Made by a program: the position numbers and the translations under genes. From IMG/VR virus record IMGVR_UViG_3300017767_000007: a DNA stretch of 64,000 nucleotides; one strand, 5' to 3'. Below, piece after piece: positions 49,701 through 59,084 of this stretch. The notes under the pieces are model-generated. The model made no database searches, was not told the origin of the DNA, and worked only from the letters and a program-made list of their open reading frames with translations. How positions within the stretch are numbered: the first letter of the stretch is position 1; the number at the start of each line of letters is the position of its first letter. The stretch comes from an uncultured virus (IMG/VR IMGVR_UViG_3300017767_000007). Its lineage: Duplodnaviria; Heunggongvirae; Uroviricota; Caudoviricetes.

Positions 49701-52700
49701 ACCAGACCAAGCATAATACCATGTATATGTTGTCTTTGTCTGTCCAGCTCCTTCAACTGCTACTATTCTTCCAACTCCGCTATCATCCCATTCTGTAACA
49801 TCGTCGAGGTATAACCTGTTAATTCCACTAAAATTATCTGGTTGGTTTCTTTTTACTTCCGACGCATCTTGAATAAAGTCCATTTGTTGAGGGTGAGGCA
49901 TATATGGGTGTTGAATAGTTTTGTATGAAGGCATTGCTTCAATCCAATAGTTATCCATCATAATTGGGAATCCGTGACCTACTGCAAAGTAATCTTGTAG
50001 GTCTGTCCTCCCACCACCTATTCTTCCTGTCCTTCCAAGATTTGCTTCAGTATTCACATTCCAGAATTTGCTTGTGTCAATAACAACAAAGGAACCTGCT
50101 TTATCTTCCCAATTGTGGTATATTGAATTAGAGTCAGAGTTTGAGCCAAGAGGTAAAGCAGACCAGGGTGCTTGAGTTACAGGTTCAAGCGTTGAATCTA
50201 ATTCCCATATGTCTAAGTCTTCACCAACCTTCAAATCAGCAAACTTAACAGGCGAGCCGTCAGGTTCTTCTGAATCAACAAATTCCATGCTAACACTATA
50301 ATTATTAGAAATAGGCATCATTAAACCAAACTTCTTTTTCCTTAAACCAGAATCAGCGTTAGCAGTTCCATCATTTCTCATATCAGCCCAGAGAATCCAA
50401 ATGTGTTTGTAATCGTTATCAATTTCTCTAAATCTTACAATACTTCCTGCAGAGTGGAATTTAGACAAAAATTGTACTCCTGTAATTGAAGCATAAGTCT
50501 GGTCGACTGCGTTAAAACCAGCTAAACCTGTAAATGTAAAAGAATCTACTGTTCCGTCAGCATCCACAATTTCTCCAACGCCACCTGATGTAGCCATTGT
50601 AGTTACTAATCCTATTGGGTTTCCTGTTGTTTGGTCGTTTAATGCTAATCTTGTATTTGCTATTGATACTGTTTGACCAGTTGTATATGCGTTAGGAAAA
50701 ATATCTGAAGATAATAATACATCTGGGTGATAGGTTGAACCATTTTTACCTTGACTGATTTTCTTTTCCTTGATACGCCCAAACTGCATTTGAAACCACT
50801 TAGATTTAGGCATATCTTGAATCCAACGAGAATGTACTGCTCTATATGGTCTGGCAATAGAATTATTAGCAGCAGCAAGAGGTGCAGTCGCTTGTTCGTT
50901 GCAATATTCTAAGTCAGGACTATCATACAAAAACCAGCCAACTTCTCCAGCAGTTCCTAATCCAAGCCCTGTTATTTCGTTGTGGTTATAATATAGGTTC
51001 GCTAAATCTCCATAAGTAGCGTTATATGTTCCGTTACCTAATTGAGAAACTTCAAGATAATGTGTCCCATCAATCCATGTTTGGCCTGGGTCTGGCATAT
51101 TACCAAAGCCTGTGATTTCAAATACAAGAGTTACAATCCCATCCCAATTATTACCTGTTGTCCCTTGTGGAATTTGAATTGGGTTTCCTTGAGCGTCATT
51201 CCCACCATATCTAATTACCAAGCGTTGCCCAATGTATAAATCCCAGATGTTGATATTTTCACCTGTCTTAAAGTAAAGTTTTGTTATTAAATTCCCAGCA
51301 GGTTCTGAGCCACCATGAGCATTATCAAGTATATTAGTAGCACTCCAATATTGCCAAACATTGTCGCCATTAGAATTAACTCTAAACCAACCCAACCTAT
51401 TTAACCAATCTTGCTGAGTATAGGAAAGTGTAGAATGAGCAGCATTCCAACTGGCATCAAACATTTGTCCAGCAAAAGTATCGTTATTTTGATTTTGACT
51501 TGTTGGTGGGCCTGGTAAAGCAGACCCAAACCCATTCCAACTTCTATACAAATTATCAAACGGAGTACTTCCTACAGTATAACCTCCACCAGGAACTTGT
51601 GCTCTTCCTGTCTTTGGGTTGTTAGGAATATCAGCGTCAATCAAAGCAAAATGATAACCACAATTTGAGCTCCTTGTTGTTTGTTGCCAATTTGTAGGGT
51701 CAGGAATATCTCCAGACCAAAGGGTATTAGGGTAATCGTGTTGAAGTGGTGTAATGTTTGCTGTTGTGTGCTTAACCCTATTACTGCTGGTTAATCTCAT
51801 TGGAATATCAAGGTTACCTCTTGTTAGGTCACGAGGAGTTACTGTTACTCCATTAATTGTGGTGGATGAGTCGCTTGGTAATTCAGATATTCTATTATAC
51901 CTTTGACCTGACTGACTTGCACCTCTAAAAACTCTTGTGTCTGAAATAGTAACATATTGCTTTTCCCAATCTATTAAATGTCTTGTGTTGCCTGCAGAAG
52001 AACTAACAAATTCACCACCTAAAAGAGCTGGATTTTTATAGATTTCATCGAATTGCAAAGTCCAGTAATGCTTTAGTCCTGTCTTATGCCTTCCGTCATC
52101 ATAACTGTCATTGTTGTCAATAGCCAAAATTTTACCTGATGGGACATATGTTTTGTCAATGTAAAAGTGATTTGTTGATGGGTCGTGAACTGTAAATGAG
52201 CCACTATAATTAGTTGAGCCTTGTATGTTTATTGTTTCTCCTTGAGTATATCCGTGAGCATCAGAATAAACTCTTAGTGGGTTTGTAAGTGCAGATGGAT
52301 TAGCATAAGTCGCTTCAGGCTTTTGGAATCCATAAATGTGAGTTTGACCTACATAATCGTATATAGTATCAGGTGCTCCTCCTTCTTCATTATACATTTG
52401 AATTGGGTGTCCCGAATTTAATCTCATTCTTGTTGATGTATCTGCATTATAGTTCGGTCTTTCATAACCTAAAGTACCTGTGCCTCTTTCAAGAGAAGTA
52501 GCACCTAAATGCAACTTTTCAATAAAGTTTGCAGATTCGTATGGTCGCCAGCCAATAGGTTCGGTTTCATCTATTTGTTCACTTTGTCCTACTTCCCAAA
52601 TAGGTATTGTTCGGTCAAGAGAAGCCAAATAATCTCTGGCACTCAACTTTATGATTTTTTCTCCAGGTCGGTTTTGGTTGCTGGTGTATCTTTCAATATG

Positions 52701-54365
52701 CCCTCTCCAAACGCAACGATGGATATTATCACGGAATAGCATCAGTTCTTGCAGTTGGTTTGTTTCTTCTTCAAAGACCTTAAAAATATCTAAGTTATCG
52801 AAATCATCATGTATGTCTAACTGGCATTGAGATATACCGTTTGAAGTATAGTTAATAGAAGCCCTTGACAAAGTAACCTGTTCACCGCCAATGCCAGATG
52901 AATCTGCAATATCACGCCAAAGATATGCTCGGTCAAGAAGTGTTGTAATTTGAACATAATCTGTGTCTGTCCCTGCTTCTTGGTAGCCATCAACCAATCC
53001 ACTATCAAGGGACAAATCCCAACCAAAAACTTCTGGTGCTTTGTATTTATTTCCTGTATCGGGGTTAATTCCTATTGCTTGTGCTGAAGCAACAACTTCA
53101 CCGTCATGTAATACATCATAAGTTCCTGCAGTCCAGTCAAACTTAAATTCAATATCATTCCAAATTTGCAGCAAAGTCCAGCGCCTTGTTTGGTCGGCTG
53201 ATGGTATAGCATTATCAGATGGAAAAGATGTGCTTTCAGGCGTTTGTCCGAAGTTTGCTAATACATTGTAGCCTCCGTCAACTGCGCCACCAGCCATTAC
53301 AAGAGAAGCAGAGTTTGAACCTGTTAATGCTGATTTTTTAAACCAGGGGTTTCTGTCAAGATAACCTGTTTTTAGACCTGTTGCTTCGGCTGTCAAAGGC
53401 GAGCCGCTGATTGCTGCGTTTTGTTTTCTTGAAGAAGTGGTAAATGTGTATGTAGCAGCTGGTACTGCTGAAGAAAATCCGTTAGCGTCAGTGTAGTCAT
53501 CCCTTCTAAATCCTACTTTTATTGTGTAAGAATGACCTGTTGATTGTCCGTTGTCCCAACCAGACCAATTGCGCCAAGCCATTCTAAGTCCAAAAATGTC
53601 TTTATCAGATGCAGCTCCTAAATTAGCGTTATAGGAAACAAGCCTTCTGGTCATATTTTCTCTAATGTGAGTGTTAATTGCTAACATAGGTTTTCCAGAA
53701 TCAAGAGATTCAATTGGTTCTAAGATAGCCTTTGAAAATGGGTCTCCTGCATAACCTGTTTTTAGTTGGTTAGCGTCTGGAGCAACTTCTCCTACATGAA
53801 CGCTGCAAATGTTTGCATATTGAAAGATGTTAGTCGCTGAAGCAAAGGAATCAGATTCAGCACTCCCACCTTTGTATAAATTGCTTGAAACCATATCAGG
53901 AATCGTGATTGCTGCGCTTTTTCCTTGCGATGGGTCATTGTTACCCAAATGAACAGAATAACGCCCAGAAGTGTTATATCCGTTTGTTAAAGTTTGAAAG
54001 GAATCAAGAGATGCGTCTGCACCAAATTTGTATCGGTTGCCTTGTGTAATACCATCGGGATATGAGGGTTGAGCCTTTCCTTCATACTTCCCAGAGTTTT
54101 TTCTCATAGTGTCGTTTGTTAAAAATTCATGAGCACCTAAATTATGAGTTTCATCTCCGTCAACTCGCTCTTTGTATGCCTTTTTGTATCGAGGGTTAAG
54201 GCGAGCCTCACCATTTAAAGAATTACCAAAATGGCTTGCTGTGTGAACAATTAGTCCAGTTAAATTAGGGTTGTTTTCATCATCAGCAATTGCTCGACTT
54301 GCGTTAAAGTCGTCATAGTAACCTGCCAAAAATACTGAATACTTTCTATCTACTGACTTTGCCAT
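46752..54365 (-). CDS. Very large tail tip/central fibre protein
   Basis: 2537 aa directly after tape measure; hub-like segment (WRGHIERY...SARDYL); Pro/Gly linker. Confidence 0.75.
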   Translation of the reverse strand: MAKSVDRKYSVFLAGYYDDFNASRAIADDENNPNLTGLIVHTASHFGNSLNGEARLNPRYKKAYKERVDGDETHNLGAHEFLTNDTMRKNSGKYEGKAQPSYPDGITQGNRYKFGADASLDSFQTLTNGYNTSGRYSVHLGNNDPSQGKSAAITIPDMVSSNLYKGGSAESDSFASATNIFQYANICSVHVGEVAPDANQLKTGYAGDPFSKAILEPIESLDSGKPMLAINTHIRENMTRRLVSYNANLGAASDKDIFGLRMAWRNWSGWDNGQSTGHSYTIKVGFRRDDYTDANGFSSAVPAATYTFTTSSRKQNAAISGSPLTAEATGLKTGYLDRNPWFKKSALTGSNSASLVMAGGAVDGGYNVLANFGQTPESTSFPSDNAIPSADQTRRWTLLQIWNDIEFKFDWTAGTYDVLHDGEVVASAQAIGINPDTGNKYKAPEVFGWDLSLDSGLVDGYQEAGTDTDYVQITTLLDRAYLWRDIADSSGIGGEQVTLSRASINYTSNGISQCQLDIHDDFDNLDIFKVFEEETNQLQELMLFRDNIHRCVWRGHIERYTSNQNRPGEKIIKLSARDYLASLDRTIPIWEVGQSEQIDETEPIGWRPYESANFIEKLHLGATSLERGTGTLGYERPNYNADTSTRMRLNSGHPIQMYNEEGGAPDTIYDYVGQTHIYGFQKPEATYANPSALTNPLRVYSDAHGYTQGETINIQGSTNYSGSFTVHDPSTNHFYIDKTYVPSGKILAIDNNDSYDDGRHKTGLKHYWTLQFDEIYKNPALLGGEFVSSSAGNTRHLIDWEKQYVTISDTRVFRGASQSGQRYNRISELPSDSSTTINGVTVTPRDLTRGNLDIPMRLTSSNRVKHTTANITPLQHDYPNTLWSGDIPDPTNWQQTTRSSNCGYHFALIDADIPNNPKTGRAQVPGGGYTVGSTPFDNLYRSWNGFGSALPGPPTSQNQNNDTFAGQMFDASWNAAHSTLSYTQQDWLNRLGWFRVNSNGDNVWQYWSATNILDNAHGGSEPAGNLITKLYFKTGENINIWDLYIGQRLVIRYGGNDAQGNPIQIPQGTTGNNWDGIVTLVFEITGFGNMPDPGQTWIDGTHYLEVSQLGNGTYNATYGDLANLYYNHNEITGLGLGTAGEVGWFLYDSPDLEYCNEQATAPLAAANNSIARPYRAVHSRWIQDMPKSKWFQMQFGRIKEKKISQGKNGSTYHPDVLLSSDIFPNAYTTGQTVSIANTRLALNDQTTGNPIGLVTTMATSGGVGEIVDADGTVDSFTFTGLAGFNAVDQTYASITGVQFLSKFHSAGSIVRFREIDNDYKHIWILWADMRNDGTANADSGLRKKKFGLMMPISNNYSVSMEFVDSEEPDGSPVKFADLKVGEDLDIWELDSTLEPVTQAPWSALPLGSNSDSNSIYHNWEDKAGSFVVIDTSKFWNVNTEANLGRTGRIGGGRTDLQDYFAVGHGFPIMMDNYWIEAMPSYKTIQHPYMPHPQQMDFIQDASEVKRNQPDNFSGINRLYLDDVTEWDDSGVGRIVAVEGAGQTKTTYTWYYAWSGRNTVDNYLNNVFVDIVGGLNGVPTKTAAERTIAANNIKAAQQNGSSSRAIFDLEDYDSVTAYNSYAPLSGMRFMMRISGKVENENSGTWFESEKFRFLNMLSLTKNWLGKSQFTGISSFKNVPQTKIMSTNGSATIGSPHWGHNNTQFDSFGSVVNAKNSTMYSAIVKIQKAAGTGTSGLGQTFTYQIGPDGRIELRPGYNSFRSLDRSVLNISNMNTSIQQRVTHVRVYFNDSKSFCDYPKVVGTENIRWKIMDMPDVGTKAEAEYLAKQEYLKAKKAPVSLNAKVVRGTQSDDVMLDGARYGYIADPQRTVYGKYPHYMMGRMNNNFFSGSVSALDGQLNNTNTPLIGASNRDASVVNASDEITWAGNNYWYGANSLANAIEVVYVPQGLPKYSMTTGNQLRFIISVDGTRSGAPTPGTIDEAATSAKFIITVIDPIFRDNATRNTGFVSSNGTDSNGDPNLIGEAEWFGACNRGDLNHIAAVNAAGQGHSHANDFFSQTVSYGSLDNGFLELNLPPTYAFGTGIVNKIIVSVNREYLESLIRMRCGDTLGNILNPAHGVPVESAPTNYFTLLGSGSYNDKSIFPLGCRYYDEFGSGMRDRTLWYAPRLIINDDINFRTGTALQYSDSTYGFTNKPLIINNVQWKINPLRHEEVVLGLTTDESHFLSNLGSMFLTPPIINDPKPSPAGPGGTSGRGDSDEDDGEPVPPGGDTTGPAPKPRPRPELTPPGTFGSQTGYTTASTIGINQVSKGIMGRLKKKMQVPMGNSEWGLLGQDRPLPAAIETSVLVSNDGVFTPSGGSAALSETGISLPGRTFAAGDSEQAEVSEVSGIQVVPNNVTNNSVTILSKVDTTVHSESAQTNQSTIPTPSGIGLNTNPTAEGFAKIYTTVKVVETGFSKTETLVIPINQNGLRHNLFNQKIEGADVAGNHLEITIRRAAGINGDTAAQESVKLSSISVTMKTGANMVDGPGEVFDTNVVSR

Positions 54366-54367
54366 TA

Positions 54368-57300
54368 CTAATCCACTGCTCCACTTCTAACCACTCCAGC
54401 ATCAACTAAAGCACTAACTACTTCTTCGGTAATCGTATCAACCATTTCATGTAGCAACATACCATTAAAGTTGTTAGTTACAACCAGCTCAGTGTTTGCT
54501 ATAAGGTTTTCGACTCCTTTATTTTGGACTTGCTTAACGAAGTCACCTGATATACCTGATTGGGAAAGACCGAAGAACATTGCTTCACGGTTGTTGTTAA
54601 ATTCCAACATTGTATCTCCTAAATGTTGTATTGAATCAGCCACATCATCAATATCATTCATGCCACCAGACCCCATGCTGCTAATTTCATCAACGAGGAA
54701 TTGTGCTTCTTCAGTCGTCATAGAAAATTGCTTTTCTAAGTCATCCACTACCTCTTTGTATTTCATAACAGAGCCTGTGTCAAAGTCGCCTGAATCATCA
54801 ACTGCTACTGCCAACATTTCTATTTCTTTATCGGTAAAGTTTTTGTCTAAGAAGTCCATAAATTCAGTAGTATATTCACCACTACTTGCTACTGCATTTG
54901 CGTAAGTTTCACTAAAGTTTGAAGCTGAATTTCCTATAACTTCGAGCAAATCTTCCATTTGAGCAGCACTTGCATTAATTCCTTCTTCTTGTTGGAAAGC
55001 AGCAATTATGGCAGCAACAGTCTTTGTTGTATCATCTTGCAGACCTTTAGTTTCTCGATATGAGCCCATACTTGCTCCACCAGTAACATAATTTAGAATA
55101 CCCATTCCCAGTGCATCATCGTATTCGTCTTCATATTCGTCTCTAAATTGACTCACTGCGCTGGCTGCATTTGCACTTGCGTCATCAGACATTTTCTTTT
55201 GCATTTCTGCTAATTCGCCTTGTAATACGAGTTGAGCAATCAATAGAGTTTCTTGAGTTTGCAAAGCACCAACATACTTTTGAGCGGCCTCTAATTGCAT
55301 CATAAAGAGCCTTTCTTGAACAGTAGCACCGTCACCTGCTTTTTCTTTTAATTCATCCATTTCATCTTTTACAATTCCAATGGCTGTTTGAGTTTGCTCT
55401 AATCCCATTGCATTAATTGTATCAGAATCTATTCCAGCTTCTAAAAAGGCATCACGAACCATTGTTGGAACATCTTCTAATGCTGGTTCTAAACCTGTAT
55501 TTCTTAAGTCTGTTAAAAGTGTGAGGCTGTCAGTTAAGTGTCCGTTAAATTCAACAACACCCTCGCTCATGCTGTCTACTGAATCTGTAAATAAGTATGT
55601 GGCAGCAGTAATAGCAACTACAAGAGCGATACCAAGACCTGTGCTTACCAAAAAGGCTTTCATACCAGCAGCAGCAGCTCCAGCAGCAGCAGCAACACCT
55701 TTTAAGGAAAAGGAAAGTGTGTTGTTTGCAACAGCAGCACCCATACCTGCCGTTGCTTGTGCGAGCATAGAATTTGTCATCTGCATCATTTGTACTGTGC
55801 TCATAATCATAACAGGCATCATTAACGCCATGCTTGCTTTAGCACCCTTAGATGAATCGTCAAATAAAGTAATTAATGCAGATGCACCTCCTAAAATACC
55901 ACTATACTTTGTCATTGTAGCATTCATAGCCATTTGCTTTGCCATCATCCTATCTTGGGTTTGAGCATGAGCAGTTTGAGCCATAATTATTTGAAACAAA
56001 TTGGCAATTTGTTCCTCAGTTTGGAAGTTGTTTTCTTTCATTAACTGTGTTAAAATTTTAAGAGCCAAAGCCTCTTGGTCAGTCAAATCTTCCTTAATGA
56101 ATTTTTTGGCAGTTACCCTTTCTATAATGGCAATTTCTTCTTGGCTCACATTATTTAGCATATCTTGAGCACTCATGTGTTTATTCAAAGACAAAGCAAT
56201 TTTTTCATTTTGCACTAACCTTTGAACCATCATTTGTAGATTTTTACCCTTTCTTTTGTCCTCTTCACCACCAATCAGCTTTTCTAATTCAAGTGACTGT
56301 CGAGCCATCAACAAGTCTGATTCGCTAATGCTTAACTTCATTCTTTTATCATTGAGAAGTTGATTTGCTAAGTCTTGCTCTATCATTCCTAACTCAACCA
56401 ACCTCCCAAGCAGTTGAACTTCATGTCCTGCATTTTGTACAGTTGTAGTACCACTTCCAACCTTAGCCATTTGTATCGCATGAATATTTCTCAATGCTTG
56501 TTCTTCTTGGTTAATTAGCATCAATTCATTACTTCTTAGTGCTACACCAGCCCTAACTGCTTCTAATTCTTCAGCAGACATTACTTGATTAGCAGCTGCC
56601 CTCGCTTGCACAACAGCAAGAATGCTGTTTTGTGCCTGTTCACTTTGCTTTACAGCATTAAGAATTTGACCTTCTAAACCAGCAATTTCAGCAGCAAGTC
56701 CTCGTCTTCGATTAGCAAGAGCGTTTATATCGCCTGCAGCTGAAGCCTGCATGTGCATTTTCAATAAAGTATTAGTCCCAGAAAATTCTTTCATCTGCTC
56801 ATATGCGAGTGCTGTTTTACCTATGTTAGCAATCCTTTGTCTAACTTGCATTTCTTTTATTGCCATATCCGTTGTAAAACTTTGCATTTGTGCTGCTTGG
56901 TTATAGATTTGTGGATTAACCAATTGCTCGCCTTGCATAGCCCTTAGAATCGTTTGCTGGGTCTGCATTGCTACACTTAGGGATTTAATGTTAATCATGG
57001 CTTCCACGACAGGCCCCATCACCTTTTGCACCCTTTGGAATGCAAAAGCAAAGTCCATACCTTTTTTTACTACTGAGCCTAAAACAGCATCCATAATATC
57101 GAAGTTTTCAAAGTCTAATTTTGCTAATGCCTTAAAATCATTAGTTATACCTCCAAGAGGACCCTCAGACCCAGATTCGTAAAAGTCGGTCATAGCCCTG
57201 TTAAATGATATTTGTTGTTTTGTCGCTTTCATTTGTGCTGGGATAAAAGCAGTACCCATTGCTGCTTCGGTATTCTTTAACTCGGCTTGGAGTTTCTGGA

Positions 57301-58375
57301 GTTTAGTTGCTTGGTCGTCAAGTTTAATATTAACTTCATCTTGAGCATCTGATAACCCAAGAGCAGCCTGAGTCGCTAATGTTTGTTGTCTATCAGCACC
57401 TTCAACTAACTTAAGGAATCTTACATAGTGGTCGTTACCAGCAACTATTTGAGCAATATGTTGCTTTTCAGCATCTTCTAACTTAGGGAATTGTTGCGCT
57501 AACTGTTGAACAATGTCAGAAAGAGGAAGCAAGTTGCCTGCAGTATCTTTAACTTGAACACCATAAGCCTGTAAAATCTTATTGTTATCGTGGGTATCAG
57601 AACCTAATCGAGCATAAATCATTTTGAGGGCACGACCAGCCTTACCCATCTCTTCACCAGATTCAACCATTACTGCAGCACTTGCAGCCATATCAGCAAT
57701 AGATTCACCTGTCATGTGTGCCTGACTTGCGAATTGATTCATAATGAAAGTAATTTGTTGCATTGTAGCAGCAGATCTGTTTTCAACTGTGTTTAGTTGA
57801 GTCAAAGTCTTCATAGAATTTGCTCTAACAAAGTTTGCTCTTTCTTCAGCATCCATAGCCTCAATTTGAGACTTAGCCATACCACCGAACATAAAGTTAG
57901 TCTGTTGTTGCAGGTTTACCATCTTTTGCATAGCATCTTGGGTTTCCATATCACCAATCAACGCAAACTTAATACCTACCTCAGTCGCAGCAACAACTGA
58001 ACCTTCACCACCTACTACATCTTTAAGTTGTGCCATTTTAGCACCAGCCTCAAGAGCCTTATCAGCAGTAAATCCAAATTGTAAACCAATGCTCTTAATT
58101 TGTTCTCTGACTTCTTCAAGATTTTCAGTTTCACCCATAAACTTGTCAAATTGAATACGAGCCTTAGCAAATTCTTGAGCCAAAGGGACAGTTGCTTGGA
58201 CTAATCCATCCATTTGCTCTGTTATCTGGTCAACTGCTTGGTGAACACCCGAAAGACCGTTAAGCATAATAGCATTCATAATGTTCATCTGTGCTCTTGC
58301 ATCAGACAAAAGACGCTTCGCTTGAAATGAACCAACCACTTCAAACATTACCATTGCTGCGCCTGTGGTTGCCAT
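54368..58375 (-). CDS. Tail tape measure protein
   Basis: 1335 aa Ala/Gln-rich helical; GEEMGKAGRALK pattern; hydrophobic segments. Confidence 0.9.
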   Translation of the reverse strand: MATTGAAMVMFEVVGSFQAKRLLSDARAQMNIMNAIMLNGLSGVHQAVDQITEQMDGLVQATVPLAQEFAKARIQFDKFMGETENLEEVREQIKSIGLQFGFTADKALEAGAKMAQLKDVVGGEGSVVAATEVGIKFALIGDMETQDAMQKMVNLQQQTNFMFGGMAKSQIEAMDAEERANFVRANSMKTLTQLNTVENRSAATMQQITFIMNQFASQAHMTGESIADMAASAAVMVESGEEMGKAGRALKMIYARLGSDTHDNNKILQAYGVQVKDTAGNLLPLSDIVQQLAQQFPKLEDAEKQHIAQIVAGNDHYVRFLKLVEGADRQQTLATQAALGLSDAQDEVNIKLDDQATKLQKLQAELKNTEAAMGTAFIPAQMKATKQQISFNRAMTDFYESGSEGPLGGITNDFKALAKLDFENFDIMDAVLGSVVKKGMDFAFAFQRVQKVMGPVVEAMINIKSLSVAMQTQQTILRAMQGEQLVNPQIYNQAAQMQSFTTDMAIKEMQVRQRIANIGKTALAYEQMKEFSGTNTLLKMHMQASAAGDINALANRRRGLAAEIAGLEGQILNAVKQSEQAQNSILAVVQARAAANQVMSAEELEAVRAGVALRSNELMLINQEEQALRNIHAIQMAKVGSGTTTVQNAGHEVQLLGRLVELGMIEQDLANQLLNDKRMKLSISESDLLMARQSLELEKLIGGEEDKRKGKNLQMMVQRLVQNEKIALSLNKHMSAQDMLNNVSQEEIAIIERVTAKKFIKEDLTDQEALALKILTQLMKENNFQTEEQIANLFQIIMAQTAHAQTQDRMMAKQMAMNATMTKYSGILGGASALITLFDDSSKGAKASMALMMPVMIMSTVQMMQMTNSMLAQATAGMGAAVANNTLSFSLKGVAAAAGAAAAGMKAFLVSTGLGIALVVAITAATYLFTDSVDSMSEGVVEFNGHLTDSLTLLTDLRNTGLEPALEDVPTMVRDAFLEAGIDSDTINAMGLEQTQTAIGIVKDEMDELKEKAGDGATVQERLFMMQLEAAQKYVGALQTQETLLIAQLVLQGELAEMQKKMSDDASANAASAVSQFRDEYEDEYDDALGMGILNYVTGGASMGSYRETKGLQDDTTKTVAAIIAAFQQEEGINASAAQMEDLLEVIGNSASNFSETYANAVASSGEYTTEFMDFLDKNFTDKEIEMLAVAVDDSGDFDTGSVMKYKEVVDDLEKQFSMTTEEAQFLVDEISSMGSGGMNDIDDVADSIQHLGDTMLEFNNNREAMFFGLSQSGISGDFVKQVQNKGVENLIANTELVVTNNFNGMLLHEMVDTITEEVVSALVDAGVVRSGAVD

Positions 58376-58415
58376 GTTATCACTCCCTCTTAATACTCAA
58401 GAACCTCATATTCGT

Positions 58416-58673
58416 TTAATCGTTCCGCTTGGCTCGCTTTTGTTTTCGCTTTTCCCATGCTGAACGAGCGCTTTTTGAGCCACCCTTTTTGCCTTTCTTG
58501 GCTTTTTCTGTTGCTTCTCCAATTTGGTCTTGTATCTCGCAAGCAACTGCTAAATCTAATTCCAAACGGTATGCTCCGCCTGGCTCGCAATACTTCATTA
58601 CTAAGTCCGATGGAAGGACACCCTTGTAGGCTTGGCACAAGACGGGTGCTATCTTGTAAATTAGACCAAAGGG
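58416..58673 (-). CDS. Tail assembly chaperone -1 frameshift extension (gpGT-like)
   Basis: -1 frame open from slippery C CCT TTG (58673-58667) to stop 58416. Confidence 0.75.
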   Translation of the reverse strand, partial: PFGLIYKIAPVLCQAYKGVLPSDLVMKYCEPGGAYRLELDLAVACEIQDQIGEATEKAKKGKKGGSKSARSAWEKRKQKRAKRND

Positions 58674-59032
58674 ACTGCGCCCTCATTCGTGTCACCCCTA
58701 ACAAACATCAACAATTCTCTGAGTTCGTTAGAAGTTAGAATGCCCAAATCAAAATCGGCAGGTTCAACAATACATTTTGGAATCCATTCTGTGATTTGCA
58801 TTTCAACACCGACATTTTGTTCTTCGAGGTATTCAACAAACTCCGCTTGTTGGTCTTCAGTCCATTCTTCGACTGACATACCAAAGTCACGGAATTTACG
58901 CAAGGCTCGACCTTGAGCTGCTTCCCACTTCATTCTATCTAAACCGCTGGCTTGTCGGACTACGAGTTTAACTTTTCCTGATTCGTCGTCTCCGAACTCA
59001 AATTCTTTTTTCATTACTGGCATTTTTTTCAC
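58661..59032 (-). CDS. Tail assembly chaperone (gpG-like)
   Basis: Between tail tube and tape measure genes. Confidence 0.8.
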   Translation of the reverse strand: MKKMPVMKKEFEFGDDESGKVKLVVRQASGLDRMKWEAAQGRALRKFRDFGMSVEEWTEDQQAEFVEYLEEQNVGVEMQITEWIPKCIVEPADFDLGILTSNELRELLMFVRGDTNEGAVPLV

Positions 59033-59084
59033 TTCGCTACTAAACTATTCTAAACTTTGTCTTAAAGACACTAACTAATACTAA

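Noticed and set aside
46752..54365. Diversity-generating retroelement targeting the tail protein
   Set aside because: No reverse transcriptase or template/variable repeat pair visible in the window
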